64,000 nt of DNA from Nitrospiraceae bacterium (GTDB lineage Bacteria; Nitrospirota; Nitrospiria; Nitrospirales; Nitrospiraceae): assembly GCA_050246315.1 (NCBI GenBank), contig JBFWWG010000011.1, forward strand, positions 98,112 through 162,111. The letters run 5' to 3'. The notes beneath the pieces were generated by a model. That model searched no databases. It saw nothing but the letters and a program-made list of their open reading frames with translations, and had not been told where the DNA came from. This document shows positions 1-10,070 of the stretch, one piece after another. Every line of letters starts with the position of its first letter. Position 1 is the stretch's first letter. The position numbers and the translations under genes are program-made.

Positions 1-2250
1 CTGCGCGCCGTCGAGCCGGTCCATGCCAAGCTGGCTCCGGGCGACAAGCGGTTCGTGCTCATTGCGGGAGTGAACCAAGACACGATCACCGGTATGCGGA
101 TCGATAATGGAGACTTCGCCTATGAAGTCACGAAAGCCGGAGACGGCACCGTTCCGCTGGACTTCGCCAAACTCGAAGATGTGCCGACGTACTATGTCGA
201 GGAAAGTCACGGCAGCCTTCCGAACAACGGCATCGTGCGCGATGCCGTGGCCTCGCTTCTCAACGGGGCCGCGCCACAGCGGGTGATGACGCAATGGAGC
301 CCGCCGCGAGGAGCGGCCGTCCGGATGCGCCACGGTCAAGACCTGCGGCAGAGCGTCTTTGAAGGACGGCGCGGCAGGCAATTGACCGCACGGGACATGC
401 GGATGGTCTTGGAGGAGGTGGCTGCTCCGCCGGTGCCGATCGGCCAGCGAAGCGCCAAGACTCCGGCGGTCGCCGAGGGGACGGCGCGCTTCGAACACCT
501 CGTGGTGGGGCGTCGGTACCAGCGAGAGCTCGATGTCACGCTCGTGAAGGGCAACATCGCGGATGTGGACACGCGGGCCTGCGTGCTCGGCATTTTCCAG
601 GAGGTAACTCCGACCGGGGCCGCGCGAGCCCTGGACGACCGCTTGGGCGGCATGATTCGAGAGTTTACGGAACGGCGCATGTTTACCGGAATCGTCGGGG
701 AGACGTTCCTGATGCCGGTCAATCGATCGAGCTTGCGAACGGAAATGATCATGCTGGCCGGTATGGGAACCTTCGACCGCTTCACGCCGGACATGCAGGA
801 ACTGGTGTCCGAGAACGTCCTGCGGGTCTTCCTGCGCGCGCGGGTAGAGGAGTTCGCGACCGTGATTCTGGGCGGCAGCACGGGATCGAGCGTGGCCGCC
901 GTCGCCAAGCAGATGTTCACCGGCTTCCTTAAAGCCCTCCAGGATGCCGATCGCGGACAGCGGTTCCGCCGCATCATTCTCTGCGAACGAGACGACGCGC
1001 GGTATGATGAATTGAAGCGGAGCGTATACGACCTGGCCAGCACGCCGCTATTCCAGGGGGCCGAGCTGACGATCAACGAAGAGGTCTTCCCTCCGTTGGA
1101 TGTATCGGCTCTTGATGGAGCGCGCGCCCTCGCCTCCGGCCGGGGAGAGGACCCCATCTATTTGTTCGTGCGTCAACTGCCCAGCGCGCCCGACTCAACG
1201 GTGTTCCAAGCCGCCCTGCTGACCGCTGGCGGACGCGCCGCCATCATTACGGAGGACGCGGCTCCTCCGAAGGCCGAGTTGGAAGCCCACCTCGCCTTGA
1301 CGGGCGGCGGACGACTGAAAATCACGAGCGATGAGGAGTTGGCCGCCTACGGCAAAAAGCTGGGACAACTGGTGCTCCATCCCAAGATTCAGGAGGTGTT
1401 GGCGAGTCCCGGTCTAGAAGATCGCCATCTCGTCGTCGTGCATGACCTCGCCGCTTCCCGCATTCCCTGGGAGACGCTGATGATCGACGGAAGGCGTCCG
1501 GCTCTCACGGAGGGAGTCAGTCGCCGCTATCTCGCATCGAACCTGTCAGTGGCCAAGTGGAGGGAGGAACAGCGGCAAGATGCGATGTTGCGCGTGTTGT
1601 TGGTGGTCAACCCCACGCAGGACTTGGCTGGGGCGGCGTCAGAAGGCAGGCTGGTCGAGAATGTGCTGAACGGCCAACGAGGGGTGGAGCTGGCGATCGT
1701 GAAGGAACAGCAGGCGACCAGAAGCCGCCTGCTCGCGGAACTGAAGGGAGGCCGATACGATGTCGTCCACTATGCGGGGCATGCGTACTATGATCGAGCG
1801 AACCCGAGCCAGAGCGGGATCGTGTGCCACGGAGACGAGATCCTGACCGGGCCGGATCTGATGTCGCTTCCCACGCTGCCGAGCATGGCGTTTTTCAACG
1901 CCTGTGAAGCGGGCCGTGTGCGGGTGTGGCGGCCAAAGATGCAGCGAGGAAAACGCTCGCTGAGCCGGAAGCAAGCGGCGCCGCCGGCCGATCCGTTGGA
2001 AGTGTCGGTGAGTTTCGCCGAGGCCTTCCTGCGCGGAGGCGCCGCGACCTACGTGGGGACCTATTGGCCTGTGGGGGATAAAGCGGCAGAAGAGTTCGCG
2101 CAGACCTTGTACAGCCAACTGATCGAAGGACAATCGGTGGCTCGGTCCCTCTTGGCGGCGCGCCAGGCTCTTCAGAAGTCCGCGCTTCTCGATTGGGCGG
2201 ACTACATCCACTATGGCAGCCCGGATTTCGTGCTGAAAGTCCGGAGCTAA
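1..2250 (+). CDS. CHAT (caspase-like) domain protein with N-terminal alpha/beta-hydrolase (lipase-like) remnant and central leucyl-aminopeptidase-N/macro-like domain; 5' end lies outside the window
   Basis: Frame is open from base 1. CHAT catalytic motifs VVHYAGH and FFNACE, plus YVGTYWPVGD and DWADYIHYG. GDGTVPL...HGSLPNN resembles a lipase Asp/His segment. Confidence 0.85.
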   Translation: MRAVEPVHAKLAPGDKRFVLIAGVNQDTITGMRIDNGDFAYEVTKAGDGTVPLDFAKLEDVPTYYVEESHGSLPNNGIVRDAVASLLNGAAPQRVMTQWSPPRGAAVRMRHGQDLRQSVFEGRRGRQLTARDMRMVLEEVAAPPVPIGQRSAKTPAVAEGTARFEHLVVGRRYQRELDVTLVKGNIADVDTRACVLGIFQEVTPTGAARALDDRLGGMIREFTERRMFTGIVGETFLMPVNRSSLRTEMIMLAGMGTFDRFTPDMQELVSENVLRVFLRARVEEFATVILGGSTGSSVAAVAKQMFTGFLKALQDADRGQRFRRIILCERDDARYDELKRSVYDLASTPLFQGAELTINEEVFPPLDVSALDGARALASGRGEDPIYLFVRQLPSAPDSTVFQAALLTAGGRAAIITEDAAPPKAELEAHLALTGGGRLKITSDEELAAYGKKLGQLVLHPKIQEVLASPGLEDRHLVVVHDLAASRIPWETLMIDGRRPALTEGVSRRYLASNLSVAKWREEQRQDAMLRVLLVVNPTQDLAGAASEGRLVENVLNGQRGVELAIVKEQQATRSRLLAELKGGRYDVVHYAGHAYYDRANPSQSGIVCHGDEILTGPDLMSLPTLPSMAFFNACEAGRVRVWRPKMQRGKRSLSRKQAAPPADPLEVSVSFAEAFLRGGAATYVGTYWPVGDKAAEEFAQTLYSQLIEGQSVARSLLAARQALQKSALLDWADYIHYGSPDFVLKVRS

Positions 2251-2265
2251 TCCACAAAGCATGGG

Positions 2266-2299
2266 GGCCTGGCACCGCCGTCTTCGGCGGTGCCAGGCC
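2266..2299. terminator. Perfect 15-bp GC-rich hairpin after the CHAT gene (terminator or REP-like)
   Basis: ggcctggcaccgccg-tctt-cggcggtgccaggcc; no clear U-tract follows. Confidence 0.55.
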
Positions 2300-2525
2300 T
2301 CGTTCACTCAGTCGGCATCCCCCAGTCTCGCCTCAACGATACGTCTCTGCGAAACCCCTGTGCGTAGGCCAATCTTCAGCCAGACTTCAGGAACTTTCGC
2401 ATGCCCGGAGATCGGGCTAGACCCTCTTTGCCGCTCCATCTAGATCCAAATCAGTACCAGGGTCTATGGGCTCGACCCGCCGATCGATCTATACCGGTAG
2501 GGGACGGATCAGTTCGGAGGTGCAG

Positions 2526-2903
2526 GTGGAAAAGATTCGCGTGTTGCTGGCCAACCATCCGCTGATGCTTCCGGACGACATTCGCAATCTGGTGGAAGAA
2601 CAAGAGGACATGGAGATCGTGGGCGACTGCCGAGGTCCTATGAAAATTCTGCAAGAAACGGGCAGGACCAAGGCCGATGCCGTGATTCTCGCGCAGGAGG
2701 GAACGCAAGAGCCGGGTCTCTGCAGCCAGTTGCTGGCCGTGTATCCCGACCTCACCATCCTCGGCCTGACGCCGGACATGACGGCCGGGTTCGTGCGGCA
2801 ACTCTGTTCGCGTCGGGATGCCCTGGCCGAGGTCAAGAAACAGGATGTCATCCACCGGCTCCGTGCGGCCGTGCGGCAACCCTGTAGCGAACGGGAGGGC
2901 TGA
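2526..2903 (+). CDS. Stand-alone atypical NarL-like receiver domain protein
   Basis: GGAGG RBS before GTG at 2526. IRVLLANH...DMEIVG...KADAVIL...YPDLTILGLT follows the REC pattern, but the acidic pocket and phospho-Asp are missing. Confidence 0.65.
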   Translation: MEKIRVLLANHPLMLPDDIRNLVEEQEDMEIVGDCRGPMKILQETGRTKADAVILAQEGTQEPGLCSQLLAVYPDLTILGLTPDMTAGFVRQLCSRRDALAEVKKQDVIHRLRAAVRQPCSEREG

Positions 2904-2999
2904 GGCCGTTCGGCGATTGCCAAGAGCGAGGTCATCGGCATGATGCGAGGGCGAAACGAGGACGAGCCAACGACTTAATCTCAGCAGCGGAGGAGGCCA

Positions 3000-4586
3000 A
3001 TGCCAACTACACCAACGTATCCAGGAGTCTACATCGAAGAGATTCCGAGCGGCGTGCGTACGATCACCGGAGTCGCCACCTCCATCGCCGCCTTTATTGG
3101 TCGAGCACTCAGAGGACCGACCAACGAGCCCATCACCATCAATAGCTTCGGGGATTTCGAACGGACCTTCGGCGGGTTGTGGGTGGGCAGCAGCCTGGGC
3201 TTCGCCGTTCGGGACTTTTACCTGAACGGCGGAGGGCAGGCCGTCATTGTCCGTCTCTACCATGCCGAGACGGGCACAGGGGCCAAACCGGCGCAGGCGA
3301 AACTCACGGCAGATTCCCTCGGGCTCGAGGCCGCCAGCCCTGGAGCCTGGGGCAACAAGTTGCGCGCGCGAGTGGATCACAATACGCGGCCGGCGCTTCC
3401 GGGCGAAGCCGCCGACAGCCTGTTCAATCTGACCGTACGGGACGGAGAGACCGGAGCGATCGAGAGCTTCCGGAACGTCTCGATCACTGCGGGCCATCCG
3501 CGGCAGATCGACAAGGTCCTGCTCAACGAATCCCAACTCGTGCGCATGACCGGCAATCTGCCGGCCGCGCGTCCCGCGAAGAGCAACGATCCCGCGGCCG
3601 GGAAAGATCCGTGGGAAGACAACACCCCGGCGACCAACTACAAGGTGGCGACAGCCGCCGAAGCCTCGGACGGTGCGGCGTTGACGAAGGCCGATGATTT
3701 CACCCCGGCGAACGCCGAGAGCAACAAGAAGGGGTTGTATGCGCTGGCCAAGGCCGACCTCTTCAATCTCCTCTGCATCCCACCTTATCTCGCCAGCGGC
3801 AATGTGGACACGGGCCTGACTTCGGAAGCGGCGGCCTACTGCGAGCGGCGCCGGGCCATGCTGTTAGTAGATCCTCTCGTCGAGTGGACCTCGAAGGATG
3901 CGGCCAAGTCCGGCGTGGCGAACATCGGCACGACCAGCAAGAATGCGGCACTCTACTTTCCACGATTGCGTCAGCCGAATGCGCTGAAAGACAACCAGGT
4001 CGAAGATTTCGTGCCCTGCGGCGCCGTCGCCGGGATCTTCGCTAGAACCGACGCGCAACGGGGGGTGTGGAAGGCTCCAGCCGGTTTGGAGGCGACGCTC
4101 GTCGGGGTTCCGGGTCTCAGCGTGCCGTTGAACGATCCCGAAAACGGCGAGCTCAATCCATTGGGCGTCAACTGTCTCCGCGTGATGGCGCCCGCCGGTC
4201 CGTTGGTATGGGGTGCGCGCACGCTGCAGGGCGACGACCGCTTCGCCTCGGAGTGGAAGTATGTGCCGGTTCGGCGCATCGCCCTCTTCATCGAAGAAAG
4301 CCTGTATCGAGGCACCCAATGGGTAGTCTTCGAGCCGAACGACGCGCCGCTATGGGCGCAGATTCGTCTCAACATCGGAGCCTTCATGCACAACCTCTTC
4401 AGGCAAGGCGCGTTCCAAGGCCAGACTCCTCAAGAGGCGTACTTCGTCAAGTGCGACAAAGAAACCACGACACAGAACGACATCAATCTCGGCATCGTGA
4501 ACATCGTGGTCGGTTTTGCTCCTCTGAAACCGGCCGAGTTCGTCATCATCAAGATTCAGCAGATGGCCGGTCAGATCCAGTCATAA
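3000..4586 (+). CDS. Contractile tail sheath protein (Afp2/3/4-like)
   Basis: TYPGVYIEE, AAFIGRA, GVWKAPAG, LNPLGVN, WGARTL, WKYVPVRR, WVVFEPND, LKPAEFV motifs; GGAGG RBS. Confidence 0.97.
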   Translation: MPTTPTYPGVYIEEIPSGVRTITGVATSIAAFIGRALRGPTNEPITINSFGDFERTFGGLWVGSSLGFAVRDFYLNGGGQAVIVRLYHAETGTGAKPAQAKLTADSLGLEAASPGAWGNKLRARVDHNTRPALPGEAADSLFNLTVRDGETGAIESFRNVSITAGHPRQIDKVLLNESQLVRMTGNLPAARPAKSNDPAAGKDPWEDNTPATNYKVATAAEASDGAALTKADDFTPANAESNKKGLYALAKADLFNLLCIPPYLASGNVDTGLTSEAAAYCERRRAMLLVDPLVEWTSKDAAKSGVANIGTTSKNAALYFPRLRQPNALKDNQVEDFVPCGAVAGIFARTDAQRGVWKAPAGLEATLVGVPGLSVPLNDPENGELNPLGVNCLRVMAPAGPLVWGARTLQGDDRFASEWKYVPVRRIALFIEESLYRGTQWVVFEPNDAPLWAQIRLNIGAFMHNLFRQGAFQGQTPQEAYFVKCDKETTTQNDINLGIVNIVVGFAPLKPAEFVIIKIQQMAGQIQS

Positions 4587-4598
4587 GGAGGACGTACG

Positions 4599-5117
4599 AT
4601 GGCGCAGTTCAGCGTCAATACACAGCGGTTTGATCCGTACAAGAATTTCAAGTTCCGCGTGAAATGGGACGGCCGGTATGTCGCCGGTATCAGCAAAGTG
4701 GGGGCTCTGAAACGCACGACCGAGGTGGTGGAGCATCGGGAGGGGGGCGACCCCAGCACCGGCCGCAAGTCGCCGGGGCGAGCCAAATACGAGGCCATCA
4801 CCTTGGAACGGGGCGTCACGCATGATCTTGAGTTCGAGAAGTGGGCCAACAAGGTGTGGGACTTCGGGTCGGGCCTCGGGCGGGAGGTGTCGCTCAAGGA
4901 CTTTCGGAAGGACATCATCATCGAGATGTACAACGAAGCGGGTCAGCTCGCCTTCGCCTACAAGGTGTATCGCTGTTGGGTGTCCGAGTTTCAGGCCCAG
5001 CCGGATCTGGATGCGAATGCGAATGCCGTGGCGATTCAATCCATCAAGCTGGAGAACGAGGGTTGGGAACGGGATCGCGACGTGCCTGAGCCTGCGGAAC
5101 CGGCCTTGTCGGCGTAG
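4599..5117 (+). CDS. Tail tube protein (T4 gp19-like, Afp1/5-like)
   Basis: DPYKNFKFRV, EVVEHREGG, KSPGRAKYEAITLERGVT, LDANANAVAI motifs; AAGGAGG RBS. Confidence 0.97.
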   Translation: MAQFSVNTQRFDPYKNFKFRVKWDGRYVAGISKVGALKRTTEVVEHREGGDPSTGRKSPGRAKYEAITLERGVTHDLEFEKWANKVWDFGSGLGREVSLKDFRKDIIIEMYNEAGQLAFAYKVYRCWVSEFQAQPDLDANANAVAIQSIKLENEGWERDRDVPEPAEPALSA

Positions 5118-5123
5118 GACATC

Positions 5124-5876
5124 ATGCACGGCCTCTCGGCGCAAGAGCTGCTCGATGTCTGGGACCAAGGGGAGAGTCTCTCATCCTGCGGACGGGCGAC
5201 GCTCCTGCTGGCGACGACCTGTCCGGAATACTCGCGCCAGCTCATCGACAGTCTCACGATCGGGGAGCGTGATGCGCTCTTGGCCGAAATACGAGCCCGC
5301 ACGTTCGGATGGGATTTGGCGAGCGTGGCAAGGTGCCCGGCCTGCCGAGAATTGGTCGATGTGGGCATCGATGTGCGGGCGATCTTTTCCGACAGGGCGC
5401 CGGCGGCGCCGAACGGGGAGCTGTACCGACAGCCTTTGGTGATCGAATCGAATGACTTCGTCGTGCATGTCGCAATTCCGGCTGTTCGAGATCTCGAGGC
5501 GATCTTGACCGCTACCGCTCCGGTAGAAGGGCTTCGTCTGCTGTTGCGGCGCTGCGTCCTCCGTGCGGAGCGCCGAGGGGCGCCTTGCGAAGTGGAGGAT
5601 CTTTCCGAAGACGTGCGCGCGCTGATTGACCAACGCCTGGCGGAAGCCGATCCGCATGGAGCTGTGCGCCTCTCCCTGCACTGCCCTGGATGCGATCATC
5701 GTTGGGTCCTGTCGTTCGACGTGCTGGCGTACTTTTGGAGCGAAATTCGGACCGGGGCACGGCGGCTGCTACGAGAGATTCATGCACTGGCCTCGGCCTA
5801 TGGGTGGAGGGAGTCCGAGATCTTGATACTCAGCGCGGCGCGGCGCCGCGCTTATTTGGAATTGGTGGCGGGATGA
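5124..5876 (+). CDS. eCIS baseplate/tail-assembly protein with two CPxC motifs
   Basis: LTIGERDALL, CPAC, CPGC and EIHALASAYGWRESEIL motifs typical of the gene after the tube in CIS loci. Confidence 0.75.
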   Translation: MHGLSAQELLDVWDQGESLSSCGRATLLLATTCPEYSRQLIDSLTIGERDALLAEIRARTFGWDLASVARCPACRELVDVGIDVRAIFSDRAPAAPNGELYRQPLVIESNDFVVHVAIPAVRDLEAILTATAPVEGLRLLLRRCVLRAERRGAPCEVEDLSEDVRALIDQRLAEADPHGAVRLSLHCPGCDHRWVLSFDVLAYFWSEIRTGARRLLREIHALASAYGWRESEILILSAARRRAYLELVAG

Positions 5877-6742
5877 GTCGGTACATGTGGGATCTGGTCA
5901 TGCGGAGCCTGGGAGAGGTTGGCGGACTGAGTCCCCGTCCGTTGAATCGGTACGAACCCGGCCAGTGGGGCGGCGCCTCGGAGAGCACCGACGTCATCCA
6001 AGAGATGAACGGCATGGGTCTGCCGTTGGAATCTGGACGGTCGTTCCCGGACGATTTGTCACGGACAGTCCTGCCGATGATGGACGCCGGTCCCGCCGAA
6101 ATCGTGGTCCATCCGGCCAGGCAAACCGATACGTACGCCCGAGACGATCGTGCAGAGAGATTGGTTGAGGGGAGGTGGCTTGCTCAGCAAGAAATCTCCG
6201 GTGAACGAAACGACGAAGCCGATGTCGCGAAGGCGGAACGAACCCCGCAGGCAGGCCGGCCGGCGAGCCCAACACGGATCTCCGGTCATTCCAATGGCAT
6301 TCAAGTAATGAACCTCCAGATCCCGCCACAAGCAGAAGCGAGTGCTTCAGCGCAGCGTCCTCCAGCGCAGGTCGCTTCACCAGAACGACGCGATCGACGT
6401 ATGACTGAGAGCGTCGAGGAAGGAGCGTCTTCGGATGGAACGCGCAGTGGAGCGCGCAGGTCGCTCGGCAATGAGCAGCTACCGTCGCCGGTGACGACTC
6501 GACCGCGGTCGTCTGATCCTCTTGAACCGACGCTGGGAGATCTCTCGGTTCGTGATGTGCGCCGTGAGGCGACGGAACCGCCAGTGGCGAAACGGCCGCC
6601 GGTTGTTCAGATTCGCATCGGGCGAATCGAGGTCAGGGCCGTCGAACCACCGGTGTCCGCCCCGAGCAAGAAGGTCGTTGAAGCGCCACGTTCATCGGTG
6701 CCGCTCGACCAGTACTTGAGACGCCGCACTCGGGAGGCCTGA
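5873..6742 (+). CDS. eCIS-associated low-complexity protein (possible tape-measure/chaperone role)
   Basis: ATG overlaps the upstream TGA (ATGA). Disordered core with conserved-looking C-terminus VQIRIGRIEVRA...SVPLDQYLRRR. Confidence 0.6.
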   Translation: MSRYMWDLVMRSLGEVGGLSPRPLNRYEPGQWGGASESTDVIQEMNGMGLPLESGRSFPDDLSRTVLPMMDAGPAEIVVHPARQTDTYARDDRAERLVEGRWLAQQEISGERNDEADVAKAERTPQAGRPASPTRISGHSNGIQVMNLQIPPQAEASASAQRPPAQVASPERRDRRMTESVEEGASSDGTRSGARRSLGNEQLPSPVTTRPRSSDPLEPTLGDLSVRDVRREATEPPVAKRPPVVQIRIGRIEVRAVEPPVSAPSKKVVEAPRSSVPLDQYLRRRTREA

Positions 6743-8049
6743 TGGGAAACGCCCTGGCCATAGCCGCGGTGACCGCGGTGCTCAAGGATCTGCTCAACAA
6801 CGGCCTCATCGATCACAATGTCACGGGGGCGGTCGGAGGCAACGTGACGGTCAGCGCGCTGCCGCCGGACCGAGTCTTTGCTCCCGGGGCGCAAGAAGGC
6901 AATCAGCTCAATCTCTTTCTCTATCAGGTGGCCCCCAACGCCGGCTGGCGCAATGTCGGGCTGCCGTCCCGTGACGAGCGCGGCGGGCGATTGACCAATC
7001 CCCCCCTGGCGCTGGATCTGCATTATCTCCTGACGGCCTATGGCGCTGAAGACCTGCACGCGGAGCTCCTGCTCGGCTATGCCATGCAACTGTTCCATGA
7101 AACTCCCATGCTGACCAGGCAGGCCATTCGCACGGCGCTCTTGCCTTCTCCGGTGAACGGATCGATCCTCCCGCCGGCGCTCCAGGCCTTGTCGGCCTCT
7201 GATCTGGCCGACCAGGTCGAGCAGATCAAGATCGTCTCAACGGCTCTCAACAGCGAAGAGATGTCGAAGCTATGGACGGCGTTGCAGGCTCGCTACCGCC
7301 CGACGGCCGCGTATCACGTCTCGGTGGTCATGATCGAATCGCAGCGTCCCGCGAAGTCGCCGCTGCCGATTCTGACGATCGGTCCGGTCGATCCGGTCAC
7401 GCGTGAGCCGCGAGGCCCCGTGGCGGTGGCCAATCTCGAACCACCGTTCCCGACGTTGACTTCGGTGACCCTTCCCGAGCAACGAGCAAGCGCGCAGCTC
7501 GGCGATACCCTGGTCGTGCAGGGGCACAAGCTGGATGGCACCAATCTGGCCATCCGTCTGGCCAGTCCGCGATTGACTCAGCCTGTCGAGTTGCCGATTG
7601 CCTCCGGCAATACCGCGACCAGGCTGGAGACCACCATTCCGAACCAGCCGGCCACGTTGCCGGCCGGGCTGTACTCCCTGGCGCTGCTCGTCCAGCGGCC
7701 AGGCGAGACCTTCCGGCGCACGACCAATGAACTCACGCTGGCGTTGGCGCCTCGGATCACGACGGCGTTGCCTGCGACATTTGTACGTGACAGAAACGGC
7801 GATGCCACCATCTCGTTGGCCGTGCAACCGGAGGTCCAGTCAACGCAACGGGTGGCCTTGCTTCTGGGCGATCTGGAGATCACAGCTCTACCGAGGACCA
7901 ACCAGACCAATACCGTCTCCTTTGTGATTCGCGGTGCGACACCGGGGACGTATCTGGTGCGGGTGCGGGTGGACGGTGTGGACAGTGTGGTGGTGAATCG
8001 CACGGTCACACCGCCGGAGTTCTTCAATCATCGAGTGACGGTGACGTGA
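6742..8049 (+). CDS. DUF4255 / Pvc16(Afp16)-like tail cap/terminator protein with C-terminal Ig-like domains
   Basis: MGNALAIAAVT, LNLFLYQV, PPLALDLHYLLTAY, LWTAL...YRPTAAYHVSVV. Confidence 0.9.
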   Translation: MGNALAIAAVTAVLKDLLNNGLIDHNVTGAVGGNVTVSALPPDRVFAPGAQEGNQLNLFLYQVAPNAGWRNVGLPSRDERGGRLTNPPLALDLHYLLTAYGAEDLHAELLLGYAMQLFHETPMLTRQAIRTALLPSPVNGSILPPALQALSASDLADQVEQIKIVSTALNSEEMSKLWTALQARYRPTAAYHVSVVMIESQRPAKSPLPILTIGPVDPVTREPRGPVAVANLEPPFPTLTSVTLPEQRASAQLGDTLVVQGHKLDGTNLAIRLASPRLTQPVELPIASGNTATRLETTIPNQPATLPAGLYSLALLVQRPGETFRRTTNELTLALAPRITTALPATFVRDRNGDATISLAVQPEVQSTQRVALLLGDLEITALPRTNQTNTVSFVIRGATPGTYLVRVRVDGVDSVVVNRTVTPPEFFNHRVTVT

Positions 8050-10070
8050 TGCAGACGGACCAGCAGAGCGCCCCGTCCTGGCACGAGACGAACCAGCGGT
8101 CTCTTATGGCCGAGGTGGCCCGAGTCGGTGCCGCTCTCGCCCGGCACGCGGCGGCTCGGTCCGTCGGCATGGACGCGCCGCCGGAGCGGGTTGGGCAGGA
8201 GCCGGATGCGCGGGATCCGGAGGTCGGAGAATCCGCCGCTCCGTCCGCGCTGGATGTGCTGTGCGTCAGTTTCGGGCTCTCGGCATTCGAACGAGACATC
8301 CTGCTCTTGGCGGCGGGAATGGAACTCGACGCCGGTATGGCGCCCGCCTGTGCGGCTGCACAGGGGGATGCGCGTCGGCCCTATCCGACATTCGGCCTGG
8401 CCTTGGCGTCGCTGTCTCATGCCCATTGGAGCGCCGTCATTCCTACAGCCCCCTTACGCCGCTGGCGGTTGGTGGAGGTGGGCCATGGTGACACCCTCAT
8501 GACAAGCCCCCTGCGGATCGATGAGCGAATCCTGCACTATCTCGCGGGTCTGTCGCATCCGGACGAGCGGTTGGCCGGCCTGGTGGAGGCCGTTGTGATG
8601 GAGCTCATGGGCGCGCTAGCTCCCACCCATCAGCGGCTGGTTGACCAGGCGGTCGCGATGATCGTGCGGCCGGCTGCCACGTACCGAAGGCCGCATCTCC
8701 AACTCTGTGGCGGCGATGGGCTGACCAAGCGGCAGATCGCCGCTGCCATCGCGGAGGCCGTAGGCGGACCTCTGTATCGTCTCGTGGCGTCTGCGTTGCC
8801 GACCGCGCCACAGGAACTCGATATGGTTCTGCGGCTGTGGACTCGGGAAGCCGTGCTCGCGCGGAGTCTCCTCCTGATCGAATGTGATGAGACCGATGCG
8901 CTTGATGGCGGGAAAGACCATGCGCTCAACACGTTTCTCGATGGTGTCAGCGCGCCGCTTATTCTGAGCGTCAGGGAGCGTCGTCGGTCGGGACCCAGTC
9001 GGTTCCTCAATTTGGACGTGGAACCGCCTTCCCATCAGGAGCGCCGGCATCTATGGACACAGGCGCTGGGGCAATGGGGTCCGACCTTGAACGGGGCAGT
9101 CGAGGCGGTGAGCCGGCAATTTCAAATCGGTCCCGGTGTTATTCAGGCCGCCGGCCTTGCCTTAAGCGCGGAGGGCGATTACGACAGTTCGCTGGCTACG
9201 GGGCTGGAACAGGCCGATCGGCTGTGGGAGTTCTGCCGCCGACAAGCGCGACCGCGGCTCGACGAGCTGGCACAACGCATCGAGCCCGCGGCGACCTGGG
9301 AGGACCTGGTCCTGCCGGATGCCCAACGGCAGACCCTGCGAGAAATCACGATGCATGTCCGGCACCGCACGACTGTGTATGAGACGTGGGGATTCTCGGA
9401 AAAGGGGACCCGCGGTCTGGGCATCAGCGCGCTCTTTGCCGGGGCGAGCGGGACGGGGAAGACCATGGCGGCGGAGGTGCTGGCCTCTTCCCTCCGTCTC
9501 GATCTCTACCGCATCGACCTCAGTCAAGTGGTCAGCAAATACATCGGCGAAACGGAAAAGAACCTGCGCAAGGTCTTCGATGCGGCGGAGGGCGGGGCCG
9601 CCATTCTGTTGTTCGACGAGGCCGACGCGCTGTTCGGCAAACGCAGCGAAGTCAAAGATAGTCACGACCGCTACGCCAACGTCGAGGTGAGCTATCTCTT
9701 GCAGCGCATGGAAGCCTATCGGGGCCTGGCGATTCTGACGACCAACATGAAAACCGCCTTGGACGCGGCCTTTCTGCGTCGCATCCGGTTCGTCGTACAG
9801 TTCCCGTTTCCCGACCAGACGCGGCGGGCGGAAATCTGGAGGCGGATCTTTCCGGAGGCCGTGCCGAGGGAAGGACTCGATTGGGAGCGGTTGGCACGCC
9901 TGAACGTGGCCGGAGGGCATATTCGGAACATCGCGATGAATGCGACGTTCCTTGCGGCGGACGCCGGGGAGGCCGTGACGATGCGACACCTCTTGCAAGC
10001 GGCGCGGGGCGAGTATGCCAAGCTGGAAAGACCGCTGACGGAAGCCGAAATCGGAGGATGGGGGGCATGA
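8046..10070 (+). CDS. eCIS AAA+ ATPase (Afp15/Pvc15-like)
   Basis: Walker A GASGTGKT, VSKYIGETEKNL, Walker B LLFDEADALFGKR, DRYANVEVSYLLQRME. Confidence 0.95.
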   Translation: MMQTDQQSAPSWHETNQRSLMAEVARVGAALARHAAARSVGMDAPPERVGQEPDARDPEVGESAAPSALDVLCVSFGLSAFERDILLLAAGMELDAGMAPACAAAQGDARRPYPTFGLALASLSHAHWSAVIPTAPLRRWRLVEVGHGDTLMTSPLRIDERILHYLAGLSHPDERLAGLVEAVVMELMGALAPTHQRLVDQAVAMIVRPAATYRRPHLQLCGGDGLTKRQIAAAIAEAVGGPLYRLVASALPTAPQELDMVLRLWTREAVLARSLLLIECDETDALDGGKDHALNTFLDGVSAPLILSVRERRRSGPSRFLNLDVEPPSHQERRHLWTQALGQWGPTLNGAVEAVSRQFQIGPGVIQAAGLALSAEGDYDSSLATGLEQADRLWEFCRRQARPRLDELAQRIEPAATWEDLVLPDAQRQTLREITMHVRHRTTVYETWGFSEKGTRGLGISALFAGASGTGKTMAAEVLASSLRLDLYRIDLSQVVSKYIGETEKNLRKVFDAAEGGAAILLFDEADALFGKRSEVKDSHDRYANVEVSYLLQRMEAYRGLAILTTNMKTALDAAFLRRIRFVVQFPFPDQTRRAEIWRRIFPEAVPREGLDWERLARLNVAGGHIRNIAMNATFLAADAGEAVTMRHLLQAARGEYAKLERPLTEAEIGGWGA

